This document shows, piece after piece, positions 39,219-47,429 of a stretch of DNA of 64,000 bases. Source of the stretch: Phycisphaerae bacterium (GTDB lineage Bacteria; Planctomycetota; Phycisphaerae; UBA1845; Fen-1342); the NCBI GenBank assembly GCA_050115495.1, contig JASFQK010000005.1, forward strand, positions 96,001 to 160,000, given 5' to 3'. The position numbers and the translations under genes were made by a program. Under the pieces are notes generated by a model that was given only the letters and a program-made list of their open reading frames with translations, was not told the DNA's origin and did not search any database. The first letter of the stretch is position 1. Each line of letters opens with the position of its first letter.

Positions 39219-41147
39219 ATGAACCGGATGGTGCGTATGACGTGGGCGTTGCTGCTGATCGGGGCCCTGAGCATCTGGCTGGCGGGCTGTGCCGGCCCGG
39301 GCGGGAAGACCGCCGCCCCCGCCGATCAGCCCGAGAAAATCAAGATCACCAAGCTCGACGACCTGCCGCAGCACACCTATCCCTTCACCGGCAACGTCCT
39401 GGAGCTGATCCGTGACGACGCCAGGGTGCACGAGCTCGTCACCAAGGTGCGGGCCGACGTCGAAGGCGACCTCGCCAAGTACGAGATCGACGACGCCAGT
39501 ACGTTGCAGGGCATGCACGCCACGCTGGTCACCTGCGACCTGATCGAGGGCCGCTACGACGACGCCCTGGCGCGCTCCGAGAAGATCCGCGAATTGGAAA
39601 GCAAGGAGGCCAAGAAGCTCACCGGCGGCCTGACGCTCGAGGCGACGGCTTTCGCCAAGCGTGAGGCCGGCGCCGACATCACCACGCCCGCCTTCCGTAA
39701 GGCTTTCCGGCAGTGCCTGGACGAGAAACTCGCCAAGCTCCCCTGGGACATCGTCCAGGACGACATCCAGCAATCCAAGGGCCGCCTGGAGTTCATGAGT
39801 GAAACCCTGATCGCCGGCATCGTCCAGGGCCGGATGCAGGTGACTGTGGACGCCACCGGCGAGCTCAGCGATGACCTGGCCGCGAGCGTGCTCGGCATCC
39901 ACTACATGCTCAAGGAGCGCTTGCCGCTGAAGGACGTCCTCATCGCCGCCTACCAGCAGGTCATCGACGCCCACCAGGAAGCGAAACAGGATATCTGGGC
40001 CGATCGCGCCGTCACCCTCAGTCCAAGCGATACCACGATTCCCATCCTCATGGCCGCCTGGGATTCCGGCACCGACCCCGAGGTCTTCGCCGACCAGATC
40101 TGGACCAACCCCGACGAAGTTCCCGACGGCGCCGACAACGACGAGAACGGCTACGTCGATGACATCCACGGCATCGCCTTCGACATCAACGCCAACCGCA
40201 CGACCGGCATGCTCTATCCGCTCGGCGAGGTCGCTCCGCGCATGCCCAGCATCATGAAGTACATGAAGGGTCTGAGCGACCTGCAGGCCGCCGTCGACAG
40301 CCCCGAGGCCAGCGCCCTGAAGAAGCACATGTCCGAGCTCAGCCCCGAGGACGTTAACGGCTTCATCGAGGATCTCGGCCTCGCCGGCAACTACTGCCAC
40401 GGCACGCACGTCGCCGGCCTCATGCTCGACGGCAACCCCTGCGCCCGCCTGCTCATCGGCCGGCTCAGCTACGACTTCCATACCATCCCCGTCGCCCGCA
40501 CGCCCGACTGGGGCCGGCGCGACGGCCAGAAGTGCCGTGACTTCGCCAGGTACTTCCAGGAGCACGGCGTGCGCGTCGTCAACATGAGCTGGGGCGAAGC
40601 ACTGAACGACATCATCGGCTCGCTCGAGAAGAACGGCATCGGCGACACTGCTGAGCAGCGTCGCGAAATCGCTCGCGAGGTCTTCGGCTACCAGCGCGAC
40701 GGGCTCTACAGCGCCCTCAAGAACGCCCCGGAGATTCTCTTCGTCTGCGCCGCCGGCAACGCCGACAACGACGTCGAGTTTGACGAGGACATTCCCTCCT
40801 CCTTCGACCTGCCCAACCTCCTCGTCGTCGGCGCCGTCGACCAGGCCGGCGAGCCCACCTCCTTCACCGCCTTCGGCGGCACCGTCCAGGTCTACGCCAA
40901 CGGCTTCGAAGTTGAGAGCTACGTCCCCGGCGGAGAGCGCATGGAGATGTCCGGCACGTCGATGGCCTCGCCCAACGTTGCCAATCTCGCCGGCAAGCTG
41001 CTGGCCATCGACCCCTCGCTCACGCCGCCCGAGGTGATCGACTGGATCAAGCGCGGCGCCGAGCTCCGCCGCGAGGGCGACCGCGAGTACCTGCTCATTA
41101 ACCCCCGCGAGAGCGTCAAGCTGCTGCGGGCCCACCTGGAGAAATAG
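39219..41147 (+). CDS. S8 family serine peptidase lipoprotein
   Basis: Lipobox LAGC, WDSG, HGTHVAG, VVNMSWG, AAGN, SGTSMASP. Confidence 0.9.
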   Translation: MNRMVRMTWALLLIGALSIWLAGCAGPGGKTAAPADQPEKIKITKLDDLPQHTYPFTGNVLELIRDDARVHELVTKVRADVEGDLAKYEIDDASTLQGMHATLVTCDLIEGRYDDALARSEKIRELESKEAKKLTGGLTLEATAFAKREAGADITTPAFRKAFRQCLDEKLAKLPWDIVQDDIQQSKGRLEFMSETLIAGIVQGRMQVTVDATGELSDDLAASVLGIHYMLKERLPLKDVLIAAYQQVIDAHQEAKQDIWADRAVTLSPSDTTIPILMAAWDSGTDPEVFADQIWTNPDEVPDGADNDENGYVDDIHGIAFDINANRTTGMLYPLGEVAPRMPSIMKYMKGLSDLQAAVDSPEASALKKHMSELSPEDVNGFIEDLGLAGNYCHGTHVAGLMLDGNPCARLLIGRLSYDFHTIPVARTPDWGRRDGQKCRDFARYFQEHGVRVVNMSWGEALNDIIGSLEKNGIGDTAEQRREIAREVFGYQRDGLYSALKNAPEILFVCAAGNADNDVEFDEDIPSSFDLPNLLVVGAVDQAGEPTSFTAFGGTVQVYANGFEVESYVPGGERMEMSGTSMASPNVANLAGKLLAIDPSLTPPEVIDWIKRGAELRREGDREYLLINPRESVKLLRAHLEK

Positions 41148-41171
41148 ACCGGCTGCGCGGCCGGCGCAAGC

Positions 41172-41936
41172 TCAACGTGTCGCCACATTCACGAGCAGTG
41201 GCGCCAGCACGTTGAGCTTGCGCTGCGTCAGCCGGGCGAACCCCGCCTCTTCCACCCACCGCCGAATCTCTGACCACGCTGCGTGGTGCACGTGCCGCTC
41301 GACCAGCGCCACCGCTACGTCGAAGACGATCCAGCCCACGACGTTGTCCCGGAACCCGTCGATCAGAATCAGCAACCCCCCCGGCCGCAGCACACGCCAA
41401 AACTCGCGAATCACCGCCGCCTGGTGAGGATAGTGGTGAAACGAGTGGCAGCAGCACAGCGCATCGAACGCGCCCGCCTCGAACGGCAGATGCTCGGCGT
41501 CGCCGTGTACCACCCGCAGCCGCTCCGCCGCCGGATGCGCCGCGAACTTCTCACCCGCCAACCGCACCATCTCCGGCGAGAAGTCGAGCCCGACCAATTC
41601 CCGCGCCTCATCGTCCCCCGCCAGACACGCCAGCAGGTTCCCCGTCCCACATCCCACATCCAACAGCCGATAACCGGCGTGTACGACTGAGTCCCCATCC
41701 GATGCCGCTAGTGACCCGTCCGCCGGCCCATCCGGTGCCACTGGTGGCTTGCCCACCAGTGCTTCCGCACCGTGCCAGCGAGCCAACTCCTCCCGACAAG
41801 CCCGGATCGTCGGCAGGAACACCAGCTCATTCAGAAACGAACGGTCATACGACGCCGCCCACTTGTCGAACTCCGCCCGCGCAGACTGCCGCATGCGGAC
41901 CTGGTGTTCAGGATGTGGGGCATCGCTCCGCGTCAC
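41172..41936 (-). CDS. SAM-dependent methyltransferase (UbiE-like)
   Basis: FDKWAASYD, LDVGCGTG, GDAEHLPF, RVLRPGG. GTG start after GGAGG. Confidence 0.88.
   Translation of the reverse strand: MTRSDAPHPEHQVRMRQSARAEFDKWAASYDRSFLNELVFLPTIRACREELARWHGAEALVGKPPVAPDGPADGSLAASDGDSVVHAGYRLLDVGCGTGNLLACLAGDDEARELVGLDFSPEMVRLAGEKFAAHPAAERLRVVHGDAEHLPFEAGAFDALCCCHSFHHYPHQAAVIREFWRVLRPGGLLILIDGFRDNVVGWIVFDVAVALVERHVHHAAWSEIRRWVEEAGFARLTQRKLNVLAPLLVNVATR
41734..41762. repeat. REP-like palindrome inside a CDS
   Basis: GGTGC-CACTGGTGG-cttgc-CCACCAGTG, a 9-bp perfect stem. Confidence 0.55.
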
Positions 41937-42115
41937 CCGCTCGCCTCCATTCGTGGCACCCGTTCCCAACGGTCGCCGGCCCCACAGTTATAGAGGCTCG
42001 CACACAACCCGGCCACCGCCTGGACCCTACCGGCTTGCCAGTCTCGCCCACCTACCGCACACTGGCGCCCGCGCTGCCACACCCGTCTCGTCCCGGCGGC
42101 GCGGAGGACCGCTCT

Positions 42116-43945
42116 TTGCTGCCACAGGCGCTGCACGGCTGGATCACGGTCGCGGTCATTCTCGCGGCGTTCGTCGCGATGGCCCGCAGCCTGTCCACGC
42201 CCGACGTCATCCTGCTCGCCGGCGCCGTGCTGGTGACCGTCCTCGGCGTTATCACGCCCGACGACATGATCCGCGGCTTCGCCAACCCCGGCATGCTGAC
42301 CATCGCCGCCCTGTTCGTCGTCGCCGCCGGCCTGCGCGAAACCGGTGCCCTCGACCGGCTGGGCCGCTCACTTCTGGGTGGCGTGCAGACGGCGCGTGGG
42401 GCCTTCGCCCGCCTCGCCCCGCAGGTGACCGCCCTCTCCGGTTTCCTCAACAACACGGCGGTCGTGGCCATGCTCCTGCCGGTCGTCACCGACTGGTGCC
42501 GCCGACACCGCGTCTCGCCCTCCCGGCTGCTGCTGCCGCTCTCGTACGTCACCGTGCTCGGCGGAACGTGCACGCTAATCGGCACCAGTACCAACCTGAT
42601 CGTCAGCGGCCTGCTCGCCCAGACCTCGGCCGAAGCGACCGATCCAGCAAAGGCCCATGCTCTCCGCGAACTCTGGTTCTTCGAGCCGGCGCCGATCGGC
42701 CTGGCCGCCGTCGTAGTCGGTGCGTGCTACCTGGCCTTCGTCGGCCGCCGACTGCTGCCCAATCGGCGGGTGCTCCGCGAGAGCATGGGCGACGCCGCCC
42801 GCGAATATCTGGTCAACATGCGCATCGGCCCGACGTGCCCGCTCGTCGGCCGATCCATCCAGGACGCCGGCCTCCGCCGACTGCCCAAGTTGTTTCTCAT
42901 CGAGGTTGTCCGCGACCAGCGCATCATCGCCCCGGTCGAGCCCGACGAAGTCCTCCAGGCCGGCGACCGCCTGACCTTCACCGGCGTCGTTGACACGATC
43001 GTCGATCTCGAGCGCATCCCCGGCCTCGTCGCCGAGGAGCACGAGGAAGCCGCCGCCGGCCGTCCCGCTCCCGCCGAAGGCCGCTACTGCGAGGCCGTCG
43101 TGTCGCGCACGTCGCCGCTTGTCGGCCGCAATATCCGCGAGTCCAACTTCCGCGCCCTCTACAACGCCGCCGTCGTCGCCGTCCATCGTGGCGGCGAGCG
43201 TCTGAGCGGCCGCGTCGGCGACATCGTCGTCCGCCCCGGCGATACGCTGCTGCTCCAGACCGGCCCGCACTTCGTCCAGGCCCACTGCAACAACGCCGAC
43301 TTCTACCTTGTCAGCAGTATGGAAGACGCCCGCCCCGTCCGGCATCAGAAGGCATGGGTAGCCCTGGGCCTGCTCGGCCTGCTGCTCGTGCTGCTGCTCA
43401 CCGGGGCGGTGCCCACCGTCGTGGCCGCCTTCCTCGTCGCCGCGTTGATGCTGGCGACCGGCTGCCTCTCCGCCGGCGAAGCCCGCCGACAGGTGCAGTG
43501 GGATGTGCTGCTGGCAATCGGCGCCGCGCTGGCCCTGGGCGAAGCGCTCGCCGCCTCCGGCGCCGCCCACAGCATCGCCGAAACGGTCGTCCGCTGCACC
43601 GGTCCCCTCGGCCCGCTGGCCGCCCTGGCTGCCGTCTACGGCATCACGCTGCTGTTCACCGAGATTGTCACCAACAGCGCCGCCGCCGCCCTGGTCTTCC
43701 CGCTGGCGTTGATGGTGGCGGGAGAGTTGGGCGTCAGCCCGCGGCCGTTCGCCATGGCCGTCGTCTTCGGCGCCTCATTCGGCTTCGCCACCCCCCTCGG
43801 CTACCAGACGCACATGATGGTCCTCGGCCCCGGCGGCTATCGCTTCACCGACTTCGTCCGCGTCGGCCTGCCGCTCGACCTGCTGCTGTGGATCCTCGCC
43901 GTGTTGCTGATCCCCTGCATCTGGCCGCTGGCGACGCTCGGCTGA
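42116..43945 (+). CDS. SLC13 family permease with TrkA-C domains
   Basis: [59 protein letters not shown] start after GGAGG. Confidence 0.92.
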   Translation: MLPQALHGWITVAVILAAFVAMARSLSTPDVILLAGAVLVTVLGVITPDDMIRGFANPGMLTIAALFVVAAGLRETGALDRLGRSLLGGVQTARGAFARLAPQVTALSGFLNNTAVVAMLLPVVTDWCRRHRVSPSRLLLPLSYVTVLGGTCTLIGTSTNLIVSGLLAQTSAEATDPAKAHALRELWFFEPAPIGLAAVVVGACYLAFVGRRLLPNRRVLRESMGDAAREYLVNMRIGPTCPLVGRSIQDAGLRRLPKLFLIEVVRDQRIIAPVEPDEVLQAGDRLTFTGVVDTIVDLERIPGLVAEEHEEAAAGRPAPAEGRYCEAVVSRTSPLVGRNIRESNFRALYNAAVVAVHRGGERLSGRVGDIVVRPGDTLLLQTGPHFVQAHCNNADFYLVSSMEDARPVRHQKAWVALGLLGLLLVLLLTGAVPTVVAAFLVAALMLATGCLSAGEARRQVQWDVLLAIGAALALGEALAASGAAHSIAETVVRCTGPLGPLAALAAVYGITLLFTEIVTNSAAAALVFPLALMVAGELGVSPRPFAMAVVFGASFGFATPLGYQTHMMVLGPGGYRFTDFVRVGLPLDLLLWILAVLLIPCIWPLATLG

Positions 43946-43966
43946 GCCGCCGACAGTCGCCACACG

Positions 43967-44965
43967 TCAGCTCGCGTCGCCGTCCAGGATCTTCCCCAGC
44001 CCGCCGAGAATGCTGCCCTCCCCTTTCTTCTTGCCCGCGATGCCGCCCGTGGCGTGGATCCGGTCGGTCAATCGAGCGAACGGCAGCGATTGGAGCCAGA
44101 GGTTGCCCGGCCCGGTCAGCGTGGCGAAGAACAACCCCTCACCGCCGAACAACGTGTTCTTGATGCCCCCGACGAACTTGATGTCGTACTCGATCGACGG
44201 CTGGAAGGCCACGATGCAGCCCGTGTCCACCCGCAACGTCTCCCCCGCCGAGAGCTGCCGATGATGCAGCGTCCCGCCGGCGTGCACGAACGCCACGCCG
44301 TCGCCCGCCAGCTTCTGCAGGATGAACCCCTCGCCGCCGAACAGACCCGCTCCGATCCGCTTCGTGAACGCGATGCCCACGGTCACGCCACGAGCCGCAC
44401 ACAGGAACGAGTCCTTCTGGCACAACAGCTCCCCACCGAGCTGTGCCAGGTCCATCGGCACGATCTTCCCCGGATACGGCGCCGCGAAGGCCACCTGCTG
44501 CTTGCCCGGCCCCTGCCCGATGAACGTCGTCATGAACAACGACTCGCCGGTCAGCACGCGTTTCCCCGCACTCCACACCTTGCCCAGCAGCCCCTGGTTC
44601 TCCTGGCTCGGATCCCCGAACCGCGTCTCCATCCGAATGCCTGGCGTCATGTACATCATGCTGCCGGCCTCGGCGACGACCATCTCGTCCGGGTCCAGCT
44701 CGACCTCGACGAACTGCATGTCGTCACCGCTGATCACGTAGTCGATCTCATCCGCTCGGCGTGTTGGTGGCGGCGGCGCCAAACCCTGCTCAGCCGTCCC
44801 CCTCAGCACGGTCACGTGCCGAGCCGCCGTCCAGGTGCTCAGCCCCGGCCCGAATACCAGAGTCTCATCCCCCTGCAACGAATCCAGCTTGGCGATCAGC
44901 TCCGCCTTCGTCAGCGGCCCCACCGACTCCCCGTTCTGCGCGTAGTACCACTCTGCTGCGGCCAT
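43967..44965 (-). CDS. TIGR00266/AIM24 family protein with N-terminal GYF_2 domain
   Basis: [56 protein letters not shown]. Confidence 0.88.
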   Translation of the reverse strand: MAAAEWYYAQNGESVGPLTKAELIAKLDSLQGDETLVFGPGLSTWTAARHVTVLRGTAEQGLAPPPPTRRADEIDYVISGDDMQFVEVELDPDEMVVAEAGSMMYMTPGIRMETRFGDPSQENQGLLGKVWSAGKRVLTGESLFMTTFIGQGPGKQQVAFAAPYPGKIVPMDLAQLGGELLCQKDSFLCAARGVTVGIAFTKRIGAGLFGGEGFILQKLAGDGVAFVHAGGTLHHRQLSAGETLRVDTGCIVAFQPSIEYDIKFVGGIKNTLFGGEGLFFATLTGPGNLWLQSLPFARLTDRIHATGGIAGKKKGEGSILGGLGKILDGDAS

Positions 44966-45073
44966 CACACACCCTTATGATCGATCTGTCACAACCCGCC
45001 AACAGCCGCCCCGCTCGCCGCCACCATCGCGGCCGGCGTGGCCCGCGGACCCTCGCCCCCGTCCCTTCCCCAC

Positions 45074-45598
45074 CTATTCAGAACCGTCCGCCGACCCCGG
45101 CTCCAGCGGCTCATCCATCGTCCCCGACTCCTCCGTCTCCGGCATCTCGGCCGGCTGCTCCTCCTCGGCGGCCGGCGGGGGCTCGATCTCCGTCGTCGAC
45201 TCGGCCGGCGGCGGCGGCGGCACGTACAGCCGCTCGCTCTCCTCACCCAACTGCCACGTAACCTGCCGGCGGATGACCTTGTTGTTCTTCCCGATCTCCG
45301 TCACGCGGAACATCAGGTATTCCGGCACGCTGATCGTGTTGTCGTCGCCGATGAACTCGACCTTCGGCAGCGTGACGTCGTCCTCGATCATCACGGTGTT
45401 CTGGTGTCCGAAGAACGAGACCTTCGTCAGCCGAGAACCGCGCTGCACGGTCCATTGGTTCCCGGAGCCCCAGATCCCGACATCCCCGAAGTACACGCCC
45501 GTCCGCGTGGACTGGTCCCCCGCCAGTGAGTTGTGCGCACAGCCGCAGACCCCGAGCAGGACCCCCAACGCCATGACGACCAGGACGATTCTGTTCAT
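45074..45598 (-). CDS. Hypothetical lipoprotein
   Basis: Lipobox VCGC, short repeated beta motifs (GSGN/GHQN/GDDN/GKNN), acidic Pro-rich tail. Confidence 0.7.
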   Translation of the reverse strand: MNRIVLVVMALGVLLGVCGCAHNSLAGDQSTRTGVYFGDVGIWGSGNQWTVQRGSRLTKVSFFGHQNTVMIEDDVTLPKVEFIGDDNTISVPEYLMFRVTEIGKNNKVIRRQVTWQLGEESERLYVPPPPPAESTTEIEPPPAAEEEQPAEMPETEESGTMDEPLEPGSADGSE

Positions 45599-45729
45599 CG
45601 CATCAACCTCGCTATGAAGCCCGTTCGGTCGAGAGGCCTCGACGCGAATGTAAACCATGTGCGGGCCAGTGTACTACGCGCCTGCACGTTGCACCACCGC
45701 CGCCCACGCCGGAATTGTCGGCCTTGGCC

Positions 45730-46530
45730 CTACTTCGCCGACGACCCGCTCACCACCACGTCCTCCGACCGGGCCAGCCGCTTCAGCGTCCGCCGGCGCA
45801 GGTACGTCAGCGGCCGCGAGATCCAACGGTGCAGCCGAATCCAGACGCTCAGCCGCTCCAGCCGCGCCCGCTCCTCGGCAGTCAGCAGGTCCGGCCGTAG
45901 CCGCCGCTTGTGTTTCAGACAGTGGTAGATGTCCGCCTGTTGGAACCGGCTCAGCAGCCAGCGCACCGGTCGCAGTCGCCGCCAGCCCGTCGGCGGCAGG
46001 TGCAGGGAGATCTGGAAGTCGATCAGGTAGGGCCGTCCGTCCTCCCCCACCAGGATGTTCTGCCGCTTGTTGAGGTCGACGTAGGCGATATGTCGGGTGT
46101 GCAGCGTCCGCACGAGCGTGAGCAGTTCGTCGAAAAAGGTGTCCGAGACCGCCTCGCGTCGACCCAGCGGGTGCCCTGGAACGAAGGCGTGAAGGAGCCC
46201 TGTTCGGCCGACACCCCCGATCAACCTCGGCACGAGCTCCAGGTCCTGGACCAGGCCGTACAACGTCAACTCATGTCGGGTGATTGCCCGACCTAGCCAC
46301 ACCATGGGCAATGACAGGAAGTCCGTTGTCCGTCCGAGTTTGAGCACCGCCAGCCCGTCCGGCCCCCGGTAGAGGCCTGTAGCCGCGAAGAAATCGTGTT
46401 TGAACGTCTGGACGTGCTCGAACCGCTGCCCCTGGCACTCGACCGCCGCCGGCAAGGCCCCGCCGGGCAGAGCGTAGAGCCACGCGTGCCGGGGCCGCCG
46501 ACCATGTGGACCGTTTTGGGCGTCGCGCAT
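45730..46530 (-). CDS. Kinase-like protein (RIO/Kdo-kinase-like)
   Basis: AVLK, HE, VPRL, LHTRHIAYVDLNKRQNIL, PYLIDFQ. Confidence 0.78.
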   Translation of the reverse strand: MRDAQNGPHGRRPRHAWLYALPGGALPAAVECQGQRFEHVQTFKHDFFAATGLYRGPDGLAVLKLGRTTDFLSLPMVWLGRAITRHELTLYGLVQDLELVPRLIGGVGRTGLLHAFVPGHPLGRREAVSDTFFDELLTLVRTLHTRHIAYVDLNKRQNILVGEDGRPYLIDFQISLHLPPTGWRRLRPVRWLLSRFQQADIYHCLKHKRRLRPDLLTAEERARLERLSVWIRLHRWISRPLTYLRRRTLKRLARSEDVVVSGSSAK

Positions 46531-46700
46531 GGGCGGAATTATACCCTTAACGAAATCCGTTGCCCGGATTTGCCTATGGCCTGGTACCCACATACGATCG
46601 GGACGGTGTTAAATCTCGGGTTTTGGGAGTGCTGCGCCCCGGTCGGGGCCGCCGGTGTGCGGCGTCGATCGACCGGGACCAGTAAAAAGGGCCGAAAGTT

Positions 46701-47150
46701 ATGTTCCGCACAAAAGCATCCACTTATGCCATTCTGGCCGTTGCCGAAATCGCCAAGCGGCAGGTTGACGGTGCCGGCGGCGTCCAGGCCGGGGAAATCG
46801 CCCGCTGCCTCGAATTGCCCGCCGCCTACGCCGCCAAGGTGCTCACTCAGTTGGCGAGGGCGGGCATCCTGCGCTCAGACCGTGGGCCCCGTGGCGGTTT
46901 CCGCCTGCTGCGCCCCGTGGAGTCCATCGTCCTCCTCGACATCATCGAGGCGGTGGACGGCACGATCGTCGCCGAGACGGGCTTGGGCGCCAGCCAGGGC
47001 GAGGGCAACGTCGCCCATGGGACACTTCGCGGTCTGGACGACATCTACGACCGCATCGTCGAGCAGGTGCGTGCCTCGCTACGGCGAACCAACATCGCCA
47101 GCCTCGTCGAGCAGCCGGAAACGGTCTCCACCTTCGTTCCCGTGCCGTGA
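46701..47150 (+). CDS. Rrf2 family transcriptional regulator
   Basis: YAILAV, EIA..LELPAAYAAKVLTQL, SDRGPRGGFRL, LLDIIEAVDG. Confidence 0.92.
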   Translation: MFRTKASTYAILAVAEIAKRQVDGAGGVQAGEIARCLELPAAYAAKVLTQLARAGILRSDRGPRGGFRLLRPVESIVLLDIIEAVDGTIVAETGLGASQGEGNVAHGTLRGLDDIYDRIVEQVRASLRRTNIASLVEQPETVSTFVPVP

Positions 47151-47211
47151 TCGTCGACGGGCCCAGCGCCGACGGGCTGAGCGCCGCAAGGACAGTACGC
47201 GCTCGGTGTAT

Positions 47212-47340
47212 AAAAAAAAGGCGTGCGGCACCCCGGTGGGTATTGGCGCGGTCTGAGGGTGCCGCAGCGAGTGGAAGCAACTTGTTGTGCGGAAAGAACT
47301 TAGGTTCGACAGGCATGTCCGTCGATACTTCAGCTCTTAC
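47212..47340 (-). ncRNA. Candidate ~130-nt small RNA
   Basis: Minus-strand promoter at 47347-47374, internal hairpin at 47306-47325, 10-bp terminator stem (47224-47233 / 47257-47266) plus U8 (47212-47219). No credible ORF. Confidence 0.55.
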
Positions 47341-47346
47341 GCATTA

Positions 47347-47374
47347 AGTATATCAACGGCACCTGTAGTTTCAA
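47347..47374 (-). promoter_or_regulatory. Sigma70-type promoter with extended -10
   Basis: Minus strand TTGAAA-N16-TATACT, with TGn directly before the -10. Confidence 0.6.
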
Positions 47375-47429
47375 CTACGTTCCCCGGCGATTCACCCGAA
47401 TTTCAAACCAATTTGCCGACGGTCCGCCG

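Noticed and set aside
46942..47316. 124-aa minus-strand ORF through the sRNA candidate
   Set aside because: It crosses the terminator, overlaps rrf2 antisense, and has no convincing RBS or motifs.
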